A DNA stretch of 64,000 nucleotides from an uncultured Solirubrobacterales bacterium (GTDB taxonomy: Bacteria; Actinomycetota; Thermoleophilia; Solirubrobacterales; Solirubrobacteraceae): assembly GCA_963695325.1 (NCBI GenBank), contig OY968776.1, positions 3,132,257-3,196,256 on the forward strand. Direction: 5' to 3'. How positions within the stretch are numbered: position 1 is the stretch's first letter; each line of letters opens with the position of its first letter. Shown here one piece after another: positions 1-8,371 of this stretch. Made by a program: the position numbers and the translations under genes. The notes beneath the pieces were generated by a model. The model worked only from the letters and a program-made list of their open reading frames with translations, ran no database searches and was not told the DNA's origin.

Positions 1-1051
1 GGTGCCCGCCTGCCTGTAGCTGCGCCTCGTACTCGCGGGCGAGCACACGGTCGGCGCCGGCCATGAGGCTCGGGCCGTGCGCAGCACCCTCGACCTGCTC
101 GTTATAGGCGTGCTCCACGTCGGCAATCCGCTTGCGGACCTGCGCGAGCGCCTGCCGGTTCCCCAACCACTGTGCGTGAAGGCGCGCATCGACGGGGAAC
201 CCGACCGCCTCCAATGGGGCGAACAGCGCCTCGGCGGTCGCGCCTGGGAACTCCGGTGCGTCGGCGAGCGCGCCGAGCGTGAGCATCGCCTGAAAGCAAC
301 GCCCCTGCTCACCATCGACCACGAGCGTCTGCTTCTGCTCAGTGATCGCGGCGTTCGCGCACCGCTCAAGGTCATGGCCGAGCGGCTGAAACGCCACGCC
401 GCCACCGGGAGCCGACACGATGAGCGCGTCGGGCTGCCAATGATGGTCAAGCTCGGGCTCGGCCACCCCGCGACACGCGGCGCGGCGTAGCAGCCATTGA
501 AGCTCGGCGGTCCTCGCGCGCCGCGCTCCGATCACACCATTCACTCGCTCATACACGCGCTGCTCGCGGGTGGCGAGTTCCGCTAGTTCGCCGGCCGGGA
601 TCGGCGAAGCTGAACCGATCCCGGCCAGCTCCTCGACACGACGGCGAACACGATCGACGCTCCTGACGAGCCCCGACCCGACACCCGTTGGTCGGTTGCC
701 GGCGAGTGAGACAGCGAGGTACACCTCCGGGGTGTGCGAGCCGAGTTCATGTAGCCGCCGCTCGTGCCCGGCGAGGAACGCCCGCCACGCATCGGCGCTC
801 TGGTGGCGGTCATCGAGCAGCCGTTCGGTGTGAGCGACGTACCGCTCGGCCGGGTAGGCGCGGTGAACGCGCCACAGCGAGAAGTCGGCGGCGATCGTGT
901 GCGCGAGCCGCTGTAGGCGGCGCTGTAGCGACCACTTCTCCCCGGTAGGGAGATACGGGTAGGAGGTCATCGCCAGCCGGTACAAGCCGGCGGGCTCGCC
1001 ACCACGCCCGAGGAGCACGTTGCCGTGCGCGTAGCGAAGCGGGAAGGTCAT
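1..1051 (-). CDS. Conjugative T4SS ATPase (VirB4/TcpF-like), N-terminal part; ORF runs off the left edge
   Basis: The third minus frame is open from ATG 1051-1049 to position 1 (hand translation MTFPLRYAHGNVLLGRGGEPAGLYRLAMTSYPYLPTGEKWSLQRRLQRLAHTIAADFSLWRVHRAYPAERY...). It is missing from the track only because no stop is reached. GGAGG lies at 1059-1063, and the start overlaps the upstream stop as ATGA. The ATPase call rests on its position after a TcpE-like gene and on remembered resemblance. The Walker motifs would lie outside the window. Confidence 0.5.
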   Translation of the reverse strand, partial: MTFPLRYAHGNVLLGRGGEPAGLYRLAMTSYPYLPTGEKWSLQRRLQRLAHTIAADFSLWRVHRAYPAERYVAHTERLLDDRHQSADAWRAFLAGHERRLHELGSHTPEVYLAVSLAGNRPTGVGSGLVRSVDRVRRRVEELAGIGSASPIPAGELAELATREQRVYERVNGVIGARRARTAELQWLLRRAACRGVAEPELDHHWQPDALIVSAPGGGVAFQPLGHDLERCANAAITEQKQTLVVDGEQGRCFQAMLTLGALADAPEFPGATAEALFAPLEAVGFPVDARLHAQWLGNRQALAQVRKRIADVEHAYNEQVEGAAHGPSLMAGADRVLAREYEAQLQAGGH

Positions 1052-1752
1052 GGCCGGACCTCCGCGACCTGGCCGTCAGTCAGCTCGATCACTTCGGCAA
1101 GCCGCTCGCCGTTGCGCAGCCGGTGTCCCTCGGAGTGCCTGACGATCAGCCGGCCACGGCCGACAATCACGGCGACCGGGCGGGCGAACACGAGCCGTGC
1201 CGGGCCTCGCACCTTTCCGTGGTGAAGCACGGCCGCGTGCTCATCGGGCGCGACCCAGACGTGCGGCGCCCACACCTGCGCCTCGCCATCCACGCAGACA
1301 GCACGGTCAAGCGAGCGGCGCGCGGCGCGTGCCCGCAGCGAAAGCAGCGAGGTCAGATAGCGGTGTGCGGGCCGCCCGTCCGGGGAGGCCTGCCCTGCAA
1401 GAGTGGCGACCATGCCGGGGGCGATCAGCAGCCGCAGCGGCCAGTCAAGCCACCCCAACACCACGCCGGCAAGCAGCGTTGCTACGAATCCCGCGACCGC
1501 ACCAACGATGGCGCCGGGCCAGCCGTGCGAGCTTGCGCCCAGCAGGCCGCCGATCGCGCCGAGCACGACCGCGAACAGGATCGAGCGCTGGCTCAGCACC
1601 AGGATCGCGACGAGCGCGGCGAACGCCCAGCCAAGCCACTCAAGCGGCACGCCGCCGGGGACCGGCAGGCGCCGACCGTCGATCTGGTAGATACGCCGGT
1701 CGGGCCTGAATATCCGCTGGTAAGAGCGGATCGTGTGTGGAGAATCACTCAT
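1048..1752 (-). CDS. TcpE-like conjugal transfer membrane protein
   Basis: Track ORF 1048-1758. I prefer ATG 1752 (GAGGAG 10 nt upstream). The N-terminus SYQRIFRPDRRIYQIDGRRLPVPGGVPLEWLGW is followed by hydrophobic helices, as in TcpE-family proteins of Gram-positive conjugation systems (from memory). Confidence 0.6.
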   Translation of the reverse strand: MSDSPHTIRSYQRIFRPDRRIYQIDGRRLPVPGGVPLEWLGWAFAALVAILVLSQRSILFAVVLGAIGGLLGASSHGWPGAIVGAVAGFVATLLAGVVLGWLDWPLRLLIAPGMVATLAGQASPDGRPAHRYLTSLLSLRARAARRSLDRAVCVDGEAQVWAPHVWVAPDEHAAVLHHGKVRGPARLVFARPVAVIVGRGRLIVRHSEGHRLRNGERLAEVIELTDGQVAEVRP

Positions 1753-1773
1753 CGCCAATCAGCTCCTCGCGGC

Positions 1774-2079
1774 TCACCCGAAGACCTGTTTGCCGATGCC
1801 TTCAGCGGCTTTGGCGATGTCAGACGGTGCGAACACCATCCACGCGACCACGATCGCCGCGAACAAGAACACCGCCAGCTCGGTGTAACGCCGGTTTAGG
1901 AGAAACATCAAGCTGATGACGCCGACGATCCCGCCGTAAAGCTCCCCCGCGTAATGCTTGAGAAGACCTCCGACATTCGCACCAACATCGTTACCCGCCG
2001 CGAGAGCGACAGCGGGGAGCAAAGCCACTGTGTAGATCGCCAGCAAACAGCACAGGCCGATACGCCGTATGTGTGACAT
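1774..2079 (-). CDS. Small T4SS membrane subunit (TrbC/VirB2-like pilin-type protein)
   Basis: Track ORF 1774-2229 trimmed to ATG 2079 (GAGGAAG at 2090-2096). The signal-like segment MSHIRRIGLCCLLAIYTVALLPAVALA is followed by two TM helices in about 100 aa. The gene sits directly upstream of the TcpE-like gene. Confidence 0.5.
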   Translation of the reverse strand: MSHIRRIGLCCLLAIYTVALLPAVALAAGNDVGANVGGLLKHYAGELYGGIVGVISLMFLLNRRYTELAVFLFAAIVVAWMVFAPSDIAKAAEGIGKQVFG

Positions 2080-2084
2080 GCAAA

Positions 2085-2351
2085 TCACTTCCTCTGCGCT
2101 TGCGAGGTTTCGGTGCTGGCGGGCTGTGTCACAGTCACCGTCACACCGCTTGTCGTGGTGGGCACGCGGGAAGTGGTGTCGAAGTAGGAGGCGATGCCGC
2201 GAACCAGCAGCAGCAGCACACAGCCCCACAGCAACACACGACCCGCGAAACGCGCCAGCCGATTAACACTGTCGGGCTGACGTTCACTAGTTGTCGTCCT
2301 ACGGAAAACAGTCATAGGGCGACGGTAGACGGCGCACGCCCAAACAACCAC
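2085..2351 (-). CDS. Small membrane protein, first gene of the transfer operon (start uncertain; ATG 2315 possible)
   Basis: The 88-aa ORF has one TM helix (LLWGCVLLLLVRGIASYF) and a Thr/Ser-rich tail. It ends 5 nt before the next gene and sits just downstream of an A/T-rich operator-like region. Confidence 0.4.
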   Translation of the reverse strand: MVVWACAVYRRPMTVFRRTTTSERQPDSVNRLARFAGRVLLWGCVLLLLVRGIASYFDTTSRVPTTTSGVTVTVTQPASTETSQAQRK

Positions 2352-2362
2352 AAGCGCACATC

Positions 2363-2410
2363 ATGTGAAAGCAATTGCTTACATCAAATATGAAAGCAAG
2401 CGCTTTCATA
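2363..2410. promoter_or_regulatory. Two operator-like palindromes sharing the half-site TGAAAGCAA
   Basis: The first palindrome is TGAAAGCAATTGCTTACA at 2366-2383 (18 nt, one mismatch). The second is TATGAAAGC-AAGC-GCTTTCATA at 2389-2410 (perfect 9-bp arms). They are 25 bp apart in an A/T-rich spacer, between the 3' end of the ArsR gene and the first transfer gene. Confidence 0.5.
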
Positions 2411-2481
2411 AGCAGCTTGCGACAGTCCAGCGGGCATCCCTCCGATGCGCACCGGGCTCACGACCACGCTGTGCGTGGCGT

Positions 2482-2814
2482 CTATGCGGCGAGCTTTACT
2501 ACGTCGGCCAGCTCGTCAATCTGGCCTGTGATGCTCGCGAGAACCTGGTCGAGAAGACGACAGGTCGAGAAGTCCGCTAGCGAGTAGTACACCGAAGTCC
2601 CATCACGCTTGCGCGCGACGATACCCGCCCGATGCAAGATACTCAGGTGGCGTGAAACGTTCTGCGGCGTGCAAGCCACCTTGCTCGACAGATCCTGCAC
2701 AGTGCTCTCGTGCTGTTCGAGCAGCACCAGCAGTTGCACACGGGTAGGATCAGCGAGAAGGGTAAGGCGACCCGTCACTAGAGCGACCACAGACTCAGAC
2801 CAAGCCGGACTCAT
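2482..2814 (-). CDS. ArsR/SmtB-family winged-helix transcriptional regulator
   Basis: LADPTRVQLLVLLEQHESTVQDLSSKVACTPQNVSRHLSILHRAGIVARKRDGTSVYYSL is the canonical ArsR HTH_20 pattern. Confidence 0.85.
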   Translation of the reverse strand: MSPAWSESVVALVTGRLTLLADPTRVQLLVLLEQHESTVQDLSSKVACTPQNVSRHLSILHRAGIVARKRDGTSVYYSLADFSTCRLLDQVLASITGQIDELADVVKLAA

Positions 2815-2824
2815 CTCAAGACCC

Positions 2825-3358
2825 CTAACGACCTAGATAAGCGAACTGTTCCGTATTACCGACCTGTCCAGGCGGGACGGGACGTTCGGAACCGACGGGC
2901 CGTGCTCCATTGGGACGCCCGACCGGCTGACTGGGCCGCTTTACGACAGTGGGAGGCGCTCCAGAACTAGGCCGAACCACATATGTAATGTGCCTGAGTC
3001 GATGCCGACGCTTGGGTCCTGCGTAGTGATTGTGCGCTCGTGTAGCGTGGGCTTGTGGTCGTGGATGGGGATAGCTCAGCTCGACGACGACCACGGCGAG
3101 CAAGAGCACGATCAGCACCCCTACCAAGCACACCAGCCATCGGGCCGCCAGCCACTCTGCAATGGTCACCGCAGGCGCGGGTGCCGAAGGTGCCGGCGGG
3201 CTCGCCTGCTCCTCCGGGCTCGACGGTGATGCGCTCGGCAGCGAATCGGCCGAAGGGTCATCGTCAAACCACTCGCTCTCAGAAAACGGGTCCATGCTTG
3301 TTAATGCGAGCACGGCCGTCGGAGAGACAGCGAATACTCGAGGTGTGGTGTTAACCAC
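2825..3358 (-). CDS. Hypothetical membrane-anchored Pro/Ser-rich protein (start may be ATG 3295)
   Basis: The 177-aa ORF has an acidic/Pro-rich N-region, one strong TM helix (WLVCLVGVLIVLLLAVVVV) and a basic C-tail. Confidence 0.45.
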   Translation of the reverse strand: MVNTTPRVFAVSPTAVLALTSMDPFSESEWFDDDPSADSLPSASPSSPEEQASPPAPSAPAPAVTIAEWLAARWLVCLVGVLIVLLLAVVVVELSYPHPRPQAHATRAHNHYAGPKRRHRLRHITYVVRPSSGAPPTVVKRPSQPVGRPNGARPVGSERPVPPGQVGNTEQFAYLGR

Positions 3359-3360
3359 CT

Positions 3361-3387
3361 ACGCCCACCATGGACGCCGGTGGGCGT
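3361..3387 (-). terminator. Hairpin (9-bp stem ACGCCCACC/GGTGGGCGT, 9-nt loop) downstream of the secreted-protein gene
   Basis: This is a perfect inverted repeat read directly from the sequence. There is no U-tract, so it would be an I-shaped actinobacterial-type terminator at best. Confidence 0.35.
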
Positions 3388-3431
3388 AAGTCTGAATCCG
3401 GGCCACGCGCCAGCGCGGCTGGCAAGCAGTG

Positions 3432-5158
3432 TCAGTGCTGAACGGTCACACGCACTGGCTTACTGTGGGCGCTCAGGAACGGGTATCCGCCGTTCGGCAC
3501 TGTGGCTGCTCTGAATAGATACGACGTGCCGGCGCCGAGCGTGAACACGTACTTGTATGTCCACCGGCCTTTGCTCGTGGTGGGTAGCACTTCGATTGTG
3601 CGCCATCGCCCGCTGTAGAAAATCTCCATTTGCACCGACTCGCCTCCAGTGGGGACGTATCCGCCGGCTAGCTGGCCGGTGAACGTGACTGCGCGGCCAA
3701 GTCGTGCTCGGTGAGGCGCGTGCATTGACACGGCGCCTTGCACGCCCTCGTGAACGTCGATGGTGGCAGCCGGGATGGTGTCGAGGGTGTGTGAGTAGTA
3801 GGCGATCTGGAGCAGTCGTGATGGTCCGTTGGGAACCTTGATCTTCCATGCCCCCGTGGAGATGGTCGTGGTGCTGGCGGCGGAGGTGGTCGCTGACGAG
3901 CCGACGATCTGTTGGAGGAGCTTGATTTGCGCGTTCTTGATCGGGGCGCCGGTCGGTGTGGTGAGACGTCCCGTGAGCGTGATCGCGGAGTGGCCGAGAG
4001 CGCGCGTGATGGACTTGGGTTCGTTCGCGGCGAGGCTGAGCTTCGCCGCGTCGTCGCACGGGCTCCCGTTGCACGGTCCTCTTTCCGGTGGCGCGGGGGT
4101 CGCAGATACCAGGGGCGTGCTCGGGGAGGTCGAGCCGGGGTGGTTTTGGAGCTCGATTGTCTTGTCGAACACGACTGACTTGTTGCCGGCGGCGTCTTCT
4201 ACCGCGACTTCGACCAAGTGCGGGCCGTCGGCGAAAGACGTGGTTGGCAGTTCGATCCTGACCGGCGCTTCCTGTGGGCAACGGTTCGCGTAGTGGAAGT
4301 TCAGCGCGTTTTCATAGGTGCCGTAGGCGACACAGCGGCCGTATTCGGTGTTCGGCGTGGCGCCCATACGTTGCCGCCGTCGATGGCAGCCGTCACCCGG
4401 TAGACGCCGGGCCCTTCTTTGTCGTGGGCGGTGAAGGCGATGTTTGCGGTGCCGCTGACCGGGCTTTCGGTGAGGCTGCCGGTCACGCCGGTCGCTTCGG
4501 GGGTCGCCGTGCTGTGCAGCAGGATCGTGGCGGTGCTTATGCTCAGTTCTGCGTTGACGCCGCCCGTCGCGCATTTGCTTTGACCCAAGGGCGCTTTGCA
4601 GTCCGCTTTGGCGTTCATCAGCCACCACTCGGTGTCGGGGATAGTGACCGTCGCGTTGTGGACGCCGCCGCACGATTCGGTGCAGCTTGCGAGGACTTCC
4701 CGGCCCGTTTTCTGTCGTTCGACCGCGAAGGACGCTTCGCCTCCGGGGCTCGTCATCGCGAGCTTTGCGACGCCTCCGGCGATCAACGATCCCAGCGGCG
4801 CCTGGTACACGTAGTTTGGGCCGCTTCCCGGTTCGGAGTCCAGGGCGCCTTCGTCGCGGAGCGTCATCGCGCCGCCGGGTTCGTTGCAGGTGTCGAGGTG
4901 CCCGGACATCTGTGGGTAGTTCACATCGGAATGGGAGAACCAGTCTTCGGGGACGATCGTTTCTTCGCCTTCAGAGCAGACGGTCTGCGCGAAGTAGCCC
5001 GGCCGTGGCGACGCTGGCGGGGGCGTGGATGCTTGGGCGGCGGGCGTGAGGCCGCCGAAGAGGGGCAGTCGCGCTGGGCAGGACGCGGCGACGGCGAGGG
5101 CCGTGACGGCGAGCATCACGGCGGCGAGCGCTCGGCTGGGGATCGCGGTGGGGATCAT
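3432..5158 (-). pseudogene. Secreted ~575-aa protein with signal peptide and C-terminal CarboxypepD_reg-like beta domain, split by a 1-nt frameshift near 4363-4370
   Basis: ORFs 4301-5197 and 3432-4673 are two halves of one gene. The upstream half reads sensibly to ...GVYRVTAAIDGGNV, and the downstream half reads sensibly from GATPNTEYGRCVAYGTYENALNFHY. They join at aacgtatGGGcgcc. The start is trimmed to ATG 5158 (GGAAAGGAA RBS; MIPTAIPSRALAAVMLAVTALAVAASC). Confidence 0.6.
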
Positions 5159-5193
5159 CGTTTGGATTCCTTTCCAATGGTGTTTGCTTGTGC

Positions 5194-6567
5194 TCACTGG
5201 CCGAGGTAGTTGAGGCTCGTGCCTCCGCCGCTATGTGACGGCGGCGATTCTTCGTTAGGCCCGGAGGACCGGGTTGTCGCTGTGACTGCTACAGAAGGTC
5301 GTGGCGGGGCGGCGCTTTCTCCCGCGCCGCCGCCGAGCGCGAGATATTCGAGGTCGTGGCTCGGCGGTGGCGGCGAATGGTGTTTGGCACGAGCCGGGGT
5401 GGCGGTGTGTGGAGCGGTCGGCGTCCGCGTGGAGGTCAGTCCGCCGGCAACTGTGGTCGGCTCGATGCTCGCTGCGGATGGGCTCGCGGCCGGGTGCGCA
5501 GCGACTTTGTGATGTTGGTGGGCGGGCGCGGGCGCTTCAAGGGAGTGGACAACTCTCGCGCCGACGCCGGCACCCGCGATCACGATGGCGGAGGTCGCGG
5601 CGGCTGCCTTGACCAGCCCGCCGCCACCGAGGAGTCCGGCGGTGCGCTCGGCGGTCGCGGTGCCGCTCGGCGTGCGGCCCGTCGTGAGCAGAGAGATCAG
5701 TCGCTCGATCCAGCGGCCGTGTAGGTGGGCGGCGAGCATCGGCGGCGGCAGGAAAGCCGCGCTCGCTGCGCGCTGGAACTCCCGGCCACTCATCTCCCGC
5801 AAAAGGGTGGTGTAGGAGGATCGACAGCCAGCACACGCGGCGAGGTGCGCCCGTGCGATCTTCTCTTGCTCGGCCTCTGCGGTCCCGTGAGCGTGCGCGT
5901 GGATCGCTTGCTCGCGGTAGTCGCACAACCGCCCAGCGGCCGTGATCGCCGCGACCTGATCGAGCTTGCGCTGCGCGCTACGCGACGCGGCGAGCACGGT
6001 CTTGATCGGCTCGCCCAAGGCCTTCGCGGCGCGCTTGACGCCGAGGTTGTGCGTAGCCATCACCGCTACTACCCGCTGCTCGAACGGGTCGAGCTGCGCC
6101 ATGAGGTCGGCGGCCGTGGCGATCCGCTCACGCGCTGCAACCAAGTCGAAGGGCTCGCTGTCGTCGCTGAGCACGTCGGCGACGGGCTTGAAGTCCACGC
6201 GGCGGCGGGAGCCGACGTGCAAGTCCCGGCGACCGGAGCGATGCTCGACAAGCAGATAGCCGATCGAGGCCCAGAACGCGCCCTGTAGGTGCTCCTCGCT
6301 ACGGATCGGCTTGCTGGACATCACGACCAAGCCGATCGCCTCGTCCACGATCTCATCGCGAACATGGGCGGGCATCCCCGCCACGTCGCGCCGCCAGTCG
6401 AGCCGCTTGCGCAGCTCCGCGCGCTTCGCCTTCAGCGCGTGCGCCGCCTCCTCAGGGGACAGCGCCCCGCGCTGGCCGGGAGCCCGCACGAGCCAGCGTG
6501 CATGGTCGCGCCGTACCAGCGGCAAGCCTGGCCGTGGTATCGCGGCAGATTGAGCAGAAGAGGCCAT
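5194..6567 (-). CDS. Fused ECF-like sigma factor / zf-HC2 anti-sigma / transmembrane protein
   Basis: I read a region-2-like segment (DEIVDEAIGLVVM...FWASIGYLLVEH). A region-4 HTH follows (LGVKRAAKALGEPIKTVLAASRSAQRKL), then an anti-sigma-type motif HLAACAGCRSSY. Next come a hydrophobic segment (ATSAIVIAGAGVGARVV) and a Pro/Ala/Thr-rich tail. The start is trimmed to ATG 6567. The stop overlaps the longest track ORF of the next gene. Confidence 0.55.
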   Translation of the reverse strand: MASSAQSAAIPRPGLPLVRRDHARWLVRAPGQRGALSPEEAAHALKAKRAELRKRLDWRRDVAGMPAHVRDEIVDEAIGLVVMSSKPIRSEEHLQGAFWASIGYLLVEHRSGRRDLHVGSRRRVDFKPVADVLSDDSEPFDLVAARERIATAADLMAQLDPFEQRVVAVMATHNLGVKRAAKALGEPIKTVLAASRSAQRKLDQVAAITAAGRLCDYREQAIHAHAHGTAEAEQEKIARAHLAACAGCRSSYTTLLREMSGREFQRAASAAFLPPPMLAAHLHGRWIERLISLLTTGRTPSGTATAERTAGLLGGGGLVKAAAATSAIVIAGAGVGARVVHSLEAPAPAHQHHKVAAHPAASPSAASIEPTTVAGGLTSTRTPTAPHTATPARAKHHSPPPPSHDLEYLALGGGAGESAAPPRPSVAVTATTRSSGPNEESPPSHSGGGTSLNYLGQ

Positions 6568-6922
6568 CACCCCGTTAATGCGGGCTGGCGCCTCAGCGCG
6601 ACAAGAAGTTTCGTCCAGGGGCAAGGGTGCCGTCGCCGATGACGGCCCCGTACCGGAGCGACGGCTGTTCCAGCGCATACTCGATCACGTCCCCTTTTCT
6701 CAGGACTTTTCGAGCAGGCAGGACTCGGACTGTAGGCAAGCAAGCCATTCGTCAGCTCATTGCAGTCGTCTCGTGCGACCTAAACATTTCTCCGCAACTA
6801 CCGGGTTTTGGTCTGTCCGTCTACGACTGCGCTAGACGAGGGTGCTAGTGTCCCCGGCCCGCGCTGCCAATGCCGCTCGCAATCCCGCGACCAGCATCGC
6901 CACCACGGAGAAAGGACGCGCA

Positions 6923-7594
6923 ATGAGCGCAACAGAACAGCAGGAGCTCACCCAGGAAGAGCTGGAGGAGCGCATTAAGGAGGGCGGTCTCGCAGCCTTC
7001 CGTGAGATCGAATGTACTCGCTTCCAAGGCGAGGTTGAGGATGTCGATCCGCAGAAGGTCGCGGAAGGGATCGTTCCTCTTGTCCTCGCAGCCAGGGTCA
7101 ATTCCCTGGAGGAGCGTTCGGACAAGGCCGTCATCAAGGGCGACCTAACCGCCAAGTTCCTGCCGGACATCATCGGTCCGCAGGACACGGAGTGGGAGGA
7201 AGCTGGACCCGTCGCACACGGCATCTGGGATTGGTGCGAGCGACGCGTCTGGAACCAGACCAACCCGAACGTCTCGGGCAAGGTGCAAGCGATGGTGCGG
7301 AAGAAGAAGCTCACGCTCTGCCACACCAAGGTCTCCCGCAACCATATGCCCCTCCCCGCGGTTTATGTCACCGCGGATCTGGAGTGCATCAAGCAGGACT
7401 TCGCGCTGGCGCTGAAGACCAGCGTTCGCAATGCGGCGAACAAGTTGGCGAAGAACATGGCTGCGGCTATCGACACTCATCCCGAGTTTGCGAAGCAACT
7501 CGCGAAGGAGGTCGAGTCGGGCATGAAAAACGCCACCCAGCTCGCCAAGGCGACGTTGGCCCTATCAGCGGGCGAGCCCGAAGACGACGAGTAG
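6923..7594 (+). CDS. Hypothetical acidic protein, first gene of a 3-gene unit ending in the methyltransferase
   Basis: The track ORF is trimmed to ATG 6923 (GGAGAAAGGA upstream). The composition looks natural and coding-like. I recognise no motif. Confidence 0.6.
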   Translation: MSATEQQELTQEELEERIKEGGLAAFREIECTRFQGEVEDVDPQKVAEGIVPLVLAARVNSLEERSDKAVIKGDLTAKFLPDIIGPQDTEWEEAGPVAHGIWDWCERRVWNQTNPNVSGKVQAMVRKKKLTLCHTKVSRNHMPLPAVYVTADLECIKQDFALALKTSVRNAANKLAKNMAAAIDTHPEFAKQLAKEVESGMKNATQLAKATLALSAGEPEDDE

Positions 7595-7662
7595 CACGGC
7601 GTACGGGGGCTGGGCGCGATGATGCGTGCAGCCCCCGGCAGCCGTCAGTTAGAGGAGATCCA

Positions 7663-8316
7663 ATGACCGAGCAGGAACGAGATGACCTGCTGCGCGGCCT
7701 ATCGCCGACAGAGCAGTTGATCTATAAGACCCTCGACACGCGCGGTGGCCCCATGACGGCACCGATGCTGCGCGAACCGGTTCATCGCACCGACGGGCTG
7801 ACCTTCGAGCTGCGCCATCTATGCGAACTGGGACTGATAAGACCCATGGGCAAGAAAGCGATCGACGGCAGGCACCCCGCGACGGCCTATCGCACGGTAG
7901 CCCTCGGCGACGTGGAGAAGACTCGCGAGCGCTTCGCCGTGAGGAGTCCCCGTCGCCGCCGGCGTGGTCGCCGACGTTCCGGACCAGGCATCGCAGAGCT
8001 CCGTGAGATGGAAGCCGGCGATTACGAGCAGTGGTACCGGGTACGTCGGCGGATCCTCGAGCTAACGCAGATCGTCGTGCAGGCCGAGAAGATGGCGTTC
8101 TGGGAAGTCGCTCCAGATGACGAGCGCGGGCTCGTGCTCGGCGAGCTCCAGGAGCTCCAGGCAGCCACCGAGGACACCATTGCAGCCTTGCGAATGCGCG
8201 AGGACGATGATGCAACGCGTGAGAAGATCGAGAAGCTGCGTGCGACGAACGGCCGCACGCCAGCCGAGGCCGCGACCGGCCGCCGCCTCGCGAGCAAGCT
8301 CGAGGAGAAGCTCTAG
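7663..8316 (+). CDS. Winged-helix (MarR-like) protein with Arg-rich linker and coiled-coil C-terminus
   Basis: Track ORF 7192-8316 is trimmed to ATG 7663 (GAGGAG RBS). LSPTEQLIYKTLDTRGGPMTAPMLREPV...LRHLCELGLIRPMGKK looks like a wHTH. Confidence 0.55.
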   Translation: MTEQERDDLLRGLSPTEQLIYKTLDTRGGPMTAPMLREPVHRTDGLTFELRHLCELGLIRPMGKKAIDGRHPATAYRTVALGDVEKTRERFAVRSPRRRRRGRRRSGPGIAELREMEAGDYEQWYRVRRRILELTQIVVQAEKMAFWEVAPDDERGLVLGELQELQAATEDTIAALRMREDDDATREKIEKLRATNGRTPAEAATGRRLASKLEEKL

Positions 8317-8371
8317 ACGCGCGTCGGCGCACCTGTCGCCGGCATCATGCTCCGCCGCCCAATCCGGAAGA

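Noticed and set aside
7192-8316. 374-aa ORF as given in the track (and similarly 8117-9691, 28296-29900, 23671-24600, 13313-14134)
   Set aside because: The 5' extensions overlap the preceding genes in another frame and are Arg/Gly/Pro-rich. Internal ATG starts with Shine-Dalgarno-like sequences give compact, non-overlapping genes.
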